Shown here in pieces: positions 49,709 to 62,661 of a stretch of DNA of 64,000 bases. The first letter of the stretch is position 1. Each line of letters begins with the position of its first letter. Location: contig CM041465.1 in the NCBI GenBank assembly GCA_023213395.1, positions 101,253,741 to 101,317,740 of the forward strand, in the 5' to 3' direction. Source of the stretch: Cycas panzhihuaensis. Its lineage: Eukaryota; Plantae; Cycadophyta. The position numbers and the translations under genes were made by a program. Below the pieces are notes generated by a model. It was not told the origin of the DNA. It did not search any database and saw nothing but the letters and a program-made list of their open reading frames with translations.

Positions 49709-51829
49709 TGTGGTGAGCCTTCACCACATGTTAAAAAGGCCTATAGCCCTCCATCATATGAGATTTAAGGTTAAGAATAAGGAAGTATAGAATTGGCTAA
49801 TATAAAGATGGTAATATAATAATATAGGAGTGAGTGTTCTACATACCCCACTCTATTATAAAGAGAAATATAATGATGTTATTTTAATAAATGTTATTGG
49901 GAACCCTTCCTTCTTCTTTATCTTATTTCTTCTATTTCTCTTCATATTTCTCTATCTTGAATGGTTATAAGGTTATTCATATAATAAGTGGTATTAAATC
50001 CATTTTTTATTTATAAAAGAGTTAAAGATCCATTTTGCTATAAGTGCTAAAATAAAGCAAAAACGTTTTTCAAGGGTTTTTGGCATGTAGAAGTTCTACT
50101 CATTGGAAGCATAAATGAAAGATTTTTTAAGAATTAATAGAGATTTTAAGATAAAAAAACTTATTTTATAAATTTTGAGTGGTCATAATGTTAGTTTTAA
50201 TAAAAAGTTATAGAAATTATAACAGATTTAATTTTTGCCTACTTTTCATTATCGTATTTTTGGGATAGATCTACTACCTCAACTTTAAAGAGTTATAACT
50301 TTAGTTACATGTATCTAAATGACCTCAATATTTTTTTATTCTATGCATTTTTTAATTTAATTTCTAGTGGAATTAGTTTAAGATCAGTTAAAGCTTGAAA
50401 TAGAAAGTTATAACCATTTTACTAATAAGTATTATTATAGCCCCTAAAAACCCTAGTACTAAATTTCTTAAAAAGGTCATAACTTTTGATCTAGATATCA
50501 TAATTAGATTCTATTTAAATTGTTGGAATCATATCTTAGATACTATAATTTTAATCTATATTTTATATATTTTTAAACTATAATTTTTTTGAAATAAAAT
50601 TTTAAAGTTAAAGATTTCATATTGTACTTTCTTAGTTGTTTAAACCTTGGTTACAAAACCACTACTCTTGAGGCCTAATATCTTTGTTTGTATCAAATTT
50701 AAGGGATAATTAGATATAGACACCCTCTAATCTCTCCTACATACATATTATCATGGCTACATAAAGACCCATACCATATATATTTAATATTGATGGGACT
50801 CTTTCTATAAAAGACGGGGTCAAACATATACATGCATATTTAGAATCACTTGATGATGACTACATAAATAATAAAGAGATCACTAAAGTAGATTTATTGT
50901 ATCTATAAGAAGAGTCTTACATTTGGTTTAAAGGAGTGGTATTTCATAAATGGTTTATTAAATATTTTTTTTAGCTAAAGAGTAATATCTGTTGTAAATA
51001 TAATGATTATTGGTGGCAAAAGATATAAAGCCTTGAGTAAGATAAATAAGAAGCTCATCAAATACTTGACAGGTACAATCATAAGGTGGGACAAGGAATT
51101 CTCCCCACTCCACAAAGTTAAGAATAAAAGAAAGATGACAATAAAGAAAAGGAATACTAAGAGTATGTAGTAAAAGTTATTTTTCATCTCACATCATTAG
51201 TCATAGCTAATGATAAGAAAGAGAACCACTTAGTAAAAGTTGGAATACCTACTAAAGTGGGACCCTATCAACACCCATATTATCAAGAGACTTAATATTG
51301 ATACACTCATCATACAAAGCTCTCATAAACTAAGTACCCTAGGCATGCACATTATTCAAGCTTGAGGTTTCAAGGTCATAGAGATTCTATGTCCATCAAA
51401 ATCTACTAGGGATGGATAAATCCCTATTCTATACATAAATTTTTAGACAACCTTGAATGGACCTATCGATTAAACACTAATAGCAAGAGGTGTTCATATA
51501 TACCTATGTATCATGATGCTTCAAGGGTGAAGCATATTAGGGGAGAAGGCATATGGTGAGCCTTCACCACATGTTAAAGAGGTCTATAACCCTCCATAAT
51601 GTGAGGTCTAAGGTTAAGCATAAGGAAGTATAGGATTGGTTGATATAAAGGTGGGAATATAATAATATGGGGGTGAGTGTTATAGATACCCCACTCTATC
51701 GTAAAGAGAGATATAATGATGTTATCTTAATAAATGTTCTTGGAAACCCTTCTTTCTTCTTTATCTTATGTCTTCTTTTTCTCTTCGTATTTCTCTATCT
51801 TGAATGGTTATAGGGTTAGTCATGTAACA
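49709..51829 (+). mobile_element. 2.1-kb non-autonomous LTR element, probably chromovirus-derived
   Basis: LTRs 49709-49986 and 51552-51829 (278 bp); degenerate Met PBS tggtattaaatc 49989-50000; PPT aggggagaaggca 51539-51551; gag-like remnant ~50770-50935 (IPYIFNIDG...AYLE...LYL*EESYIWF); flanks tcat/ttat. Confidence 0.92.
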
Positions 51830-53479
51830 TTATTTCCATTATCCTAAAGAGAGAAGTTATAAAGGAGGTGGCACTTCTTAAGTACTACTTGACGAGAACA
51901 TCATTTTAGGGGATATTAGAACCATTATAAGGCTCCTTCTCTCCATCTCTTACTTGTTGTTTTTAGTATCTTTGAACTTACTTTCAAGTTTGCTTTATAT
52001 AGTTGAAATATTGTGTCCATGTAGTTATCTTTTGGTAGACCAATTTTCTTACAAGATACTAAGATTATCATAGGAGAAAAGGAAGTAAAAAATCTCCCTT
52101 ATTATTGGCCAAATAGCATGGGACATCTCACTATAAGCTCTTCTATTAGTAGCTCTTCAAGAGGTAAGGTCAATTCATTTGAATTATTCTTTATTTCTTA
52201 ATTTTAGAGCTCTTTATACTTTCCTTTTTTCGCCATAAGTATATCCAGCAAGAAGAAATGCTATCAAATTTACTCTAGAGCTATGTTATACTACTCTTTT
52301 AGTGTAATTGTTTCTTAAGTCACTCATTGCAAGTTGAAAGGAGACCTTACTCAACTGACAACTACTCTCACTAGGTATACCTTCTCCCACCCCTTTTAGT
52401 TTGTTACCTTTATTTTATTTAATTAAAAAAACACAAAATAAAGAAGAAGAAAGAAAAAGGGAAAAAGGAAGGAAGCTTTTTCTCATTTTAAAAAAGAATA
52501 AAAGGAAAAGGATCACAAGGCAACTTTCTTTGGCTCATTCCCCGCTTTTTCTATAAAAAAGAAGAAGGAAAAAGAAATTGCATCTTCTTTTATCTCCTTT
52601 TTCTGAAAAATAGAGAGAAAGAGAAAGGCTCTTTGCTTACCCCCTCTTTCCCCCTTAGTCAAATAGGGAAAAGTTTCTTTAAAAAAAAAAATAGAGAGAG
52701 AAAAAGAAAATGTTTGCATCTTTATTCCTGCTATATCATATTGCATTACATTGTATTAGAAGTAGGTACTTGAATACTTATTTGTAAATTAAGCAAAAGC
52801 CCAAAGTGTGAGAAGGAGATCATATAGTTGTGAGTCTCAAATCTATGAGGGAAATATTGCAACCATAGTTAGGGTTTGTTTGTTATTTTCACCAAAAAGA
52901 AAAGGCATATAGTTGCATATAGGTATGTGTTCCATTTCCTTAGTCGACCATAGGTTTCCTAAGCCCACTACCATAGGTTAATTTGGATGCACACATACAC
53001 ATCAAACTTTCCCTCAGTTTAGCCTCTATTTCTCGATTGGTAGGAATAGATCCACAGATTGTAATATAGGTAAGTATAGGTACATGTCTCACCTTGTCCT
53101 TTTCTCATTATGCCTTTAGTGCTTGTGGTTCCACATGATGATTATGTGACCATTGGATGCATGACTATGTGGTTTGTTTGGCTTGCCTATGATTACTTAT
53201 ATGCCTATGACGATCAAGACTCTAGTCCAATGGCCTTCTAGCCCCCCATCGTGGCCTAACAGTTGGTAAGGTGACCCTTCTATAATCCTTAGAACTTTAT
53301 TCCCACTAGATTTTGATCTGTTGCTACTAGTTTCACTTTATTTTCTCATCATAATTATATGTGGTTTATCACTTAGAGGCCTTAGGATCAGTTTACAAGA
53401 GTTTGAAGTGAAAGCCTATGATTTTAAAGTCAAAGTCTAATTTTTTGCTATAACCCCACTTTGATTTTTATTGGCAAAA

Positions 53480-53595
53480 GTGGTACCACTAAGTATTTCA
53501 TCGTATCATTGAGTATTTCATGGTATCGATGAGTATTTTTTAGTATCGTTGAGTATTTTGTGGTACCTCAAACAACTTCGCAGTACTACAAAGAA
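53480..53595. repeat. Six ~20-bp tandem units with GTGGTACCAC-type core
   Basis: gtggtaccactaagtatttc / atcgtatcattgagtatttc / atggtatcgatgagtatttt / ... / gtggtacctc / cgcagtactac. Confidence 0.85.
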
Positions 53596-56379
53596 CATAG
53601 TCGTACAACTATTACATTGATAGGTGCAGCTAGTAATGTTATCAAACTTGACAGCCTGTGGCATGCCCAGGTGGGTGCACAATGGTCTAGGGAGGCCTTA
53701 TAATACATCAAACTTCTATTTTGGTTGGATTTCTTAGTGACTTTATTCAAAATTCAACCATCAAACTTCATGGTTTTTAGGTGGTGGTTTCATACATGAA
53801 ACCATCACCCCAACACTTTAGTTTTTCTTATAAAACCCCTCATTTTTTAGGGTGCATGGGATCCATCAACTTTTGATAAACTCACACAACTTCTTCTATA
53901 CTTTCTTCTAACTTCTCCTTCTTCATCTTCTTCCACTAACTTAGTGGAAATTTGGGAGATTCTTATGCACATCCTTGGTGAATGGATTAAAGTTCTTGCT
54001 ATAGGACTGAGATCTTGAGGGATTTGGCTCTAATTTCTTATTTTTTGAGCTTCATCACCCTGTATTACTATTGTCCTTGGCTCTACTTCTTCAAGACTTG
54101 GAAACCTCCACTTGGTTAGGCTTGAAACCTTAAGTAATTGCTAAGTTTCCATTAGAGTAGGATTTAGAGAAGACACCATTAACACTTAGAAGCTTGAGGA
54201 GGATTCATGGTGTAGCCATCATCTCATGCACCCCTCCCTCTTAGGTAATCCCCTTCCAACTTGAATGGTGTAAGTTTTTCCTTCATGCATTCATCATCTA
54301 CTCTTATCTAAGCCATGTTTCCACACAACACAAGGTTTTTACACTAATGTTTAGATGGGAGTCACCTTTTCTACTCCCCTTTCATCTCTCTTTAGTTGAT
54401 CATTATTGAAGTTATAAGGAATAAAGGGGTTTCTCTTAGTCTAACCAAGGAAACCACCTTGTAAGGGAGGCTAGTGCCATCCTGAGGCACCCATCACTCC
54501 TCCTTGTCATTTTTTATTATTACTTGCACTTTGTTTCATTGGGAAGGATCCATATGCATACTATGCTTTTATTCTCTTGGATATATATAGAGATTAGTTA
54601 GTGAGATGTATGTATAGTGCAAATATTACTTGTGGGCTATCTTCTAACATACACACAGGGTAGAGAGTGTACCTCATTAACATAGATAAGAGGGAATAGA
54701 AGGGAACCCTACCTCTCAAGGTAAAATTCAATTCATGTCTTACCATTTGTTTCTTTACATGCACATTGTTTCTTTTATTTCCCTTTCATTTATGCACTAT
54801 TCTAGTTAGATCTGGTGCAAGTAAGTGGAACCCCATTGTTTCCTACCTATCTTATAACAAAGGAACTCTTAACTTAGTTGAAGAAGGATTAAAGAGGAAT
54901 AAGACTAAGGTCATCATCAAATGTCATAGACTGGTTATGTCCTCCTCTAACTCTTTTTCTCATAGTTGTTTCATTCCTTGATAGTAATACCTACCCCAAA
55001 ATCCCTTAGCAAAGTAACCTTATTCCTTTTACTTTTAAAATTATTTTGTTATTTTCATATGCATATTCATGCAAAATAGAAGTTAAGGTTTAATTTAAAA
55101 GATCATATCTCCTTGCATAAACAAAGATGGAAGGAATTTAACAAAAAAGACTCCTTTCTCTCACTCTTTCATTTTTTCATAAAAGAAAAGCATATGAAGG
55201 AAATGAAACCTTGTATATGCATAAGAATATTCATTTTTCTTTCTCCTTTGTATTACCCCCAACCACATCGTTGACTCTTTCATTTTAGGTATGTAACCTT
55301 AAAGAATCTTTTCTCTACCAAAATATAAGAAGAGTGAGTTGAGAGCGAGGACTTGCATTTTTCATACATTATTAGTCACATTTATTAATTGCTTTATTTT
55401 ATGATGACACAACTACAACCTACAACACACAAAACACTACACTTTGAAATAAAGCACCATACCCAAACAAGGACTTCGCCTTCTTACATAACCAAAAAGA
55501 ACATTTTAGACAAAGAGAAAAAAAAGCATACCCAACCTTTTCTTTAATCCCTTGTCTTCTTACTCTTTATCATCCTTTCTCTCAAGAAGGAAAACTTATT
55601 CCCTCTTTCAAAAGTGAGGATAAGAGAAGCCTCACTAGGCTGCTTAATAATCTGAGAAGATCTAGCTCTTTACAACCTAAACACACCACCCATCTACTCT
55701 AGACCAAAACCTTATAAGATATAAAGGGAATATGTATATTATGGGTCCTTGAACCTATGCCTACAAGCCATATAGATGAGCTAAAATCACAATATACCAC
55801 TTGATCTCCCATGTTTTAAGTCTACCTCTAGTCATTATATAGTAGTTCTTAGTGATCCCCCCCCACCCCCCTCAAAGGTGTGCTTCCACCCTCCATCCCA
55901 TAGGATAACACATAGTGCTCCCTTACATTTGTGCTTAAGAAGCGCATGGATGCTGGAGTTGGCATTGTTGGATTCTCCCACCTTTGTTAGGTTTCCATAC
56001 CTTAGGCCTTCTGCATAGGTAGAAAGGGTTAGTAATCTACATCTCCAACTTTTTGGAGTATTTTAGTAAGAATAAGGGCCTATGGAGGGAAGGTATTAAA
56101 TAGTAAAAGCACTTGTAAGGGAGGATTACCTCCAAATAAGTTTTGGCACAATGGGTACATTCATGATGCATTAACAACATTAATTAATAGTCACTTTGAA
56201 GGCATTTTTAAGGGGTTGCCCTATATAAAAGTTTTTTATCAAATGAAGTCTGATGGGGCCTATTTTTAAGGCTAATTTAGGGTAATTTAATGATTGAATG
56301 GCTTTGGATAGATAAGCATTAGACTAGATGGTAAGTCTCTATAATTTTTTAGTGATTTTTTATTTCTTTTGTAACATAT

Positions 56380-56450
56380 TTAGTACTATAAAGAACTTTG
56401 TAGTGCCATGAAGTTGTTCATCATAGTACCATAGAGATCTCTATGATACA
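56380..56450. repeat. Decayed GTGGTACCAC-type array
   Basis: ttagtactat, gtagtgccat, atagtaccat, ctatgataca at ~20-bp spacing. Confidence 0.6.
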
Positions 56451-56889
56451 CTCTATCTCTCACAAGATAGACAAGGAACTTTATAAGACATGGAGCTACA
56501 CTTAGCTTTTTTAATTTTTTAACAAACTTTGCTAGTTTTAGTAGCATACTACCTACTTATGAGTTATTCTAGTTGGGGACTATCTGTAACATAACTTTTA
56601 ATTTATTTATCATATTCCCTAACTAGTTATGGATTGAATGTAATGTGTTGTAGTATAAAGTATACCCAAGTAGAAGTGGAGCTTTGAGTATTGCATATGC
56701 ATGCTTACACTATCGAATGAATAACATGTGAGGCGCATACAACACTTTAGCAAAAAAACAAAAATAACTCATTCTTGATTTTGGAGTTAGATTAAATAAA
56801 AAATATATCCATAGATATATGCATTCATATTTTTTGGATTTTATAGGTTTTTGTTTTTCTTTTTTTTTAATAAATGGTATTCATAAGTG

Positions 56890-57395
56890 ATAGTTTATAG
56901 TTTCGATAGTGTTTGAGTCTAGTTTATGCTCATAGAGGAGCATAATGCCTCTACAAGGGCTACACATAAGAGGAGGGTTTTACTTGTGATTGAGCATTAG
57001 ATGTTGTGGTAAACACAAAGGATTGGCATATTATGATAGCCATAAAATGTTATGATAATTTGATTACCAAAGTTTAAATTTGCTAATGAATAATTCAAAG
57101 GGGATTTTTAGGTTATGCCTACCATTGTTGCGATATCAAATTTTAGTTTCTTTAGCAACCATAGGTTCAAAGAAGGTTTCTCAATTTTAGCTATCGATGT
57201 AGTGTGAATAGTTTTATGCTCATTATAGAGTGTTAATCTAGTTTATAATCTTAGAGGAGTGAGTTGTAGTATGCTTATTTTGTAGCAAGAAGTAGTATAT
57301 CCTTATTTCAAATCCAAGGCCTAGTATATACTTATGGAGAAGTGCAAATGGTAGTTTAGGCTCTTACTAGAGCATACCATAGTTTTTGCTCATTG
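56890..57395. repeat. TAGTTTAnnCTCAT motifs immediately 3' of the minus-strand integrase
   Basis: tagtttatgctcatagag, tagttttatgctcatta, tagtttataatcttag, tagtttaggctctta, tagtttttgctcattg. Confidence 0.8.
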
Positions 57396-57417
57396 CAAAC
57401 CATTAATGGAAACATGG

Positions 57418-60400
57418 TTAACTAAAAAACTTTATGAGAAACTATCTATTGATAAATTTCTTAAAATCAAGCCCTTCTAAAGTGGTTATACATCATCTGA
57501 TAAATCCTCCAATAGAATGAATGGGCCAATCCACTTAGAAGTGAACTTTGGGAGATGGTCGTGCAAGTATTCTAAATTTAGAACCTTGTCTCCTAAGATT
57601 TATTTTTGGGGTTGTAGATGTTTATCATGGGTACATTAAGCTTTGGATTTAGAAGCTATATTTTTCTAATATACATTAAGACAACTTTTATCTAAGGCTT
57701 CTAAATTGATGAGGCATCCTACATGATGCCACTCTTCATCAATTAAATCTTTTATTAACACCCTTACATATGAAATCTCAACTTCAAGTGGAAGGATTCC
57801 TTCTAACCTATAGACAAAGAAAAAGGGTGTCATATATATGGAAATATGTATAGACATGTGGTAAGCCCATAAGGTAGGATAAAACTATTGGTGCCAATCT
57901 AGTTGATATTGGAATATTGTTTTCTTTAAAATTAAAATTAACATTTTGTTAAATGCCTTGATTTACCTATTTGCATAAGGATAATAGGGTGATGATGTCT
58001 TATGAATAATGTAAATTTCATCTCACTCTTCAATAGATTTTTAATTATAGAATGGGGTTTCGTTATTTATGATCAAGATGTCTAAGATCCTAAAATAATA
58101 GATAATATACTTAAAGATTAAGGTGGCAATAGTTTTAACTATTATTGAAGAGAGAGGAATCACCTCTACCCATTTCATAAAGTATTTTATCATAGTCAAG
58201 ATAAACTTATACTCCAAAGAGGATGGGGTTATAATAGCCCTAATAAATCCAAGCCCTATTGAGAGAAAGGCCAAGGTGAACTAATGGCATACAAAGCTTT
58301 TGAAGGTTGGTGCACAATGTTGGAATGCTCTTGGAACCTCATATTTTTTAACATAAGCATGGGCATCTTTAAATATAGTACGATAGAAGAAACCCATTTG
58401 TAGGATTCTCTAGTCCATTGATTACCCACCAAAATTCCCTCCATATATGTTATCATGGTAGTTATAAATAATCTAATGCATTTCTTCAGGATTGACATAT
58501 ATAAAGAGAACTCCTTCAAATGATCACTTGTAAAGGGTGTTACAAATGAGAAAGCATTATCAGGTCACAACCCTAATACATTATTTACCTTCATTACTAG
58601 CCTCTTTTGCATATATTTAATAAAATACATAGTAAGTGATATCACCATACCACTCATCATTGATGGGCCTCTATCCCTTAATCTGCTTAAAGGCCATAAT
58701 AGGTTTATCAGGCAAAGATATATCAATAGGAGTGTTTATTAGATTAGGCAGGGGCATGTGAACTAATTTCTCTTTTATAACCATCCCTTTCATAGATTTT
58801 CTATAATAATCTATAGGTCATATGCCTATAGAAGGATAGCCCACTACCCTACTCATCCCATGAGGTCTAATTTTATCATTAGAAAGCACAAGGGATCTGA
58901 CTGTATGATGATATTGGTTGTGTTACCAAGGAGGTAGTTCCTTAATTTTTTAGTAGAAAACATAAGGTCAAGGTATTCTTTCCATATAGGAGTGTAGTTA
59001 AGCTTTGAAGTAATGAGGGTATAACTAATAAAATAGACTATACACTCCACTCTCAAATCGTCCTCTTGGGCTGGCATGGCCTCAATTGACTTACTTGCAG
59101 ATGACATATATATAATAAGAGGTTTATCAAACTATAGAGAAGCTAAGATAGGGGTAGAAACTAAGTCATGTTTAAGCTCATCAAAGGTAACTTGTGTCAT
59201 TAGTTCCCAAATAAATAGGATCTCATTCTTAAGGACATTCATTAAGTGTTTAGAATTCATGGAAAAGCTTATCATGAAATATGATCAGAAACCAAGGCAC
59301 CCAAGGAAAGATTTTTTTTTTTTTTTAGGATAAGGGAATCTCTAGGATTGCCCTTACTTTGTCAAGGTCAATCTTAATACCTTTGTAGGATATGAGAAAA
59401 ATCTAGAAGCTTTCATGTTATACTTGTAAACATGTATTTATACAAGTTTAAACTCGCATGAAATTTTTGGGATCTCAAGAAGATTTTCTTAAGATCAACA
59501 TAGTGGTCTCTCCTTTTATATGACAAGCTAAGTAAATCATCCATGAATACATCAAGAATTTTATTGATAAAATCATGAAAAATGAAGTGCACAGATCATT
59601 TGTACATTACACCAAAATCTTTTAAGGCTAAAGAACATTACAATATAAGCAAATGTACCCCAAGGAGTAGTAAAGGTTATCTTATGACAATCCTTGGGTG
59701 AGATCTAAATTTAATTGTAGCCTGAGAAACCATCCATGAGGTATGTGACTTCAAACCCTATTATAGTATTTATGATTTGATTAATAAAGGGTAGGTGGAA
59801 GTTGTCCTTAGGGTAAGTATTATTAATATTTCTAAAATCAATGAAAATATAATTACCCCATTTTTCTTTATGACTAAGATAATGTTTAAGACCCAACATA
59901 AATAGCTGATTGAAGCAATTAGGCCTACATTATGAAGCTTCTCAACCTCCATCTTGATAGTGGCCAAAAACTTGGTATGGATAAGGCACTACTTCTATCT
60001 TATAAGTTTACTTCCAAGAATAGTTATGAGCTTCTGGGTGATAATATTAGGGCTTATATCCTTCATGTCATTCTAACCCCATGTAAAAACATCTCAAAAC
60101 TATTGAAAATTTTATGTGTATTTAACTATTTCTTTAGGGGAGTATTTTACCCCCACTTTTATGGTCTTGCCAAGGGCAATGATGATATCAATAGCTCCTC
60201 TTATGAGGAGGATATTCCCCTCCTCAAAATGATAAGAGGCTTGATCAATGAGCAAATTAGGGATAATTTAAGTTGTGATGTGCTTGGCTAAAGGGGAACC
60301 TATAAAGAGGCATTTCCAAAATCCTAACTTATAATGAGTTAGAGGAAGATTAGGGGACTCTCCTACAAGGTATTCTAATAATTCTTCATAAAGTTTAATG

Positions 60401-62660
60401 TATTTTATCTGTTGATGACCTTTTCCTAGGTGATAGGTTCCTGATTTTATAAGGGAGGGTTAGCACATTAGTCAACTCACTAGTCAGAGAAGCAAAGTGA
60501 GTATTCTGAAGAGAAAGAGTCTTGACATTGATGGCATATATGACTCACTTCTAAAGGGAATTCAAGGGTAATATGGGGGAAATTGGTCTTAGGCTCTTGA
60601 TTGAAAATAAAGGGACCTATCAGCCAGATGGAAAGGAATGGTGGATGGGTATTCTAGATGATGGATTTATCATACAAGAAAGTAGAGTTAGACTTAATAT
60701 TTAAGTCCTAAATTAGAGGGATTTAAAATTAATTAAGTTGTATTGCCACTAGATTTGGAAAGTCCTAAATACAACAAATTATATTAATGGTTCATGAAAG
60801 AGGGGAGAAGTTTTCATCCTTCCTCAAAGAGGCACTACTCTAAATCTATTTAAGGATTAGTATAACGTAATAGCCATAGGGACCAAGGCATGTTTAGTAA
60901 AACTTGGAACATTTTGGCTACTTATTAGATGTTAAAAGTTTGGTTAGCTTTAGTCTAAAAAATTTTAAGCATCGCATCCAGGTGGGTGACTACCTATGGG
61001 GCATCCATAAGGTAGGTTTATTAGGAGCTAGATTGAGGAGATAGTGGAGCTATAGGTAGCAATTAAATGATCTCCTCAAAAAAGTTTAGGTGGTGAGCAT
61101 AGATGAGTTGGTATGAGTGTTACATAAGGTAAGCTTATTAAAATAGAGAGACACCATGGGATAAAAGGGATAAATGTAAATCTTTATGATTTTCCATAAG
61201 GTCATGTTAGGCCTCAGGTGGAGGAGGGGTGTTTTCAAAAGGACCAAAAGGAGGGGGAAGAATCTTTATGAGGCATACCACCTTAGGTATGAGACAACCT
61301 GGCTACTTGATATGTAGGAGCCCTTTCATCTTCTTAGTCAAACTCAAGGTCATTAAGGATGATTAAGTACCCATAGCTACCCACTCTAATTAGAGAAAAA
61401 TGAACTAGGTTTGGTCCTAGATATAGGGGGTCTTGCTCAAAGTGGGGCCTAAGTCTTAAAAGAGAGACTCAAGTAAGGGGTCTTGTTCAACTTCTTCCTC
61501 AGCCTCAGCATCAAAAATAGCTTAAACAATGGGGTAAGACAAGTGAGGAGGTGGTGGTTCACATGTAATATTATAAACTCTTCCATTATAGACAAACTTT
61601 AATTAGCCCAACACGGAAGAGTAGACTACCCCTATTTGGTCCAACTAGGGTCATCCCAAAAGGAGGTTATAATTGACATTAATATCACGAACCACAATCT
61701 TAGTAAGGAGGGTTTTATCCTTAAGGGTAAGAGGGATAGTAAATATTTTAACAAGGGATTTTTTATTCCTATTATACCATTACAAGGAATAGTTTTGAGG
61801 GACCTAATGCCAAGTTTCTCAAGCATCCAAGTAAGCATGGCATTAACCAAGGATCCATTATTTGCCATAGTTCACTTGAGGGAAAACTCTAAAGTGTAGA
61901 TTGTAATAACAAAGGGGAAGTATCAAAGGTGCTCCTACTCTTTTATAAGTGGCAAGTCCTTTATGTCAAAGGTAATGATTAGTTAGCCCATGGATTTGAC
62001 ATGAACCATATGGATAGGAACTTATTTATGTCCTAAGGATTCCAAAACTAGGTTTCATTGATTGGGACTTCACAAGATATCCATTATAGACATATATAAA
62101 AATACTATATGGAGCTCCTCAATAATTATGAATATCTTCCCATTACTTGTGGGTTAGGGGAGGGACCTTCTTAGGTCATATTGACTAGGGTAGACAAGCA
62201 TGGTCTTTGAAACAAAATGGAACTCTATGGGTTATGGATCAATAAGTGGTTATTAGGATGAGAAGGCCACTTTAGCCTTCTTTTCTACTTAAACTTAGGT
62301 CATGGTGAATACTTGAGTGGTCTCAAGTATTTTAATGACTCTTTTACCCTTGGTATTAAAATATTTTGTGACTTTAGTAGTTGCTTGCTCCTTGGATAAA
62401 GACATTATTGGTATAAGTTAAGATTTATCTTTAGGTTGGTTTGAAGGTGAATTAGATGGTTGTATATTTGAGGCTAGGGTACTTCTCTGTCTCATTTGGT
62501 TTGTTGTTGAACTTGGGGCTTGGGTGATTTATAATTTGAAAAGGAATCTTAATGGATTAGTTGCTTTAAATTAGGTTTTAACATAGATTGAGATATAAGA
62601 TCCCATAGTAGTGCTTACTTATTATTAGGAAACACTAAATTAAGAGGTAGGATGCTATAA
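57418..62660 (-). mobile_element. Decayed Tat-like Ty3/Gypsy internal region: (gag end)-PROT-linker-RT-RH-INT
   Basis: PROT 61560-61880 (NNGSLVN, YNLLLG); RT ~59300-60150 (IDFRNINNTYPKDNF, MDGFSGYN, TPWGTF, FMDDL); RH 58850-59110 (VYFISYTL...NYTP..KE...KKLRNYLLG); INT 57418-58650 (SPWPFSQ, KWVEVIPL, ILPLEVEI, KWIGPF). No aRH between RH and INT. Confidence 0.95.
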
Positions 62661-62661
62661 T

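Noticed and set aside
48250-56880. Exact LTR boundaries of the Tat elements (also 700-3700, 5722-9000, 42064-44900)
   Set aside because: LTR-like motifs and short homologies are visible (e.g. 1190-1330 ~ 53066-53220), but no paired termini, PBS or TSD could be fixed by eye.
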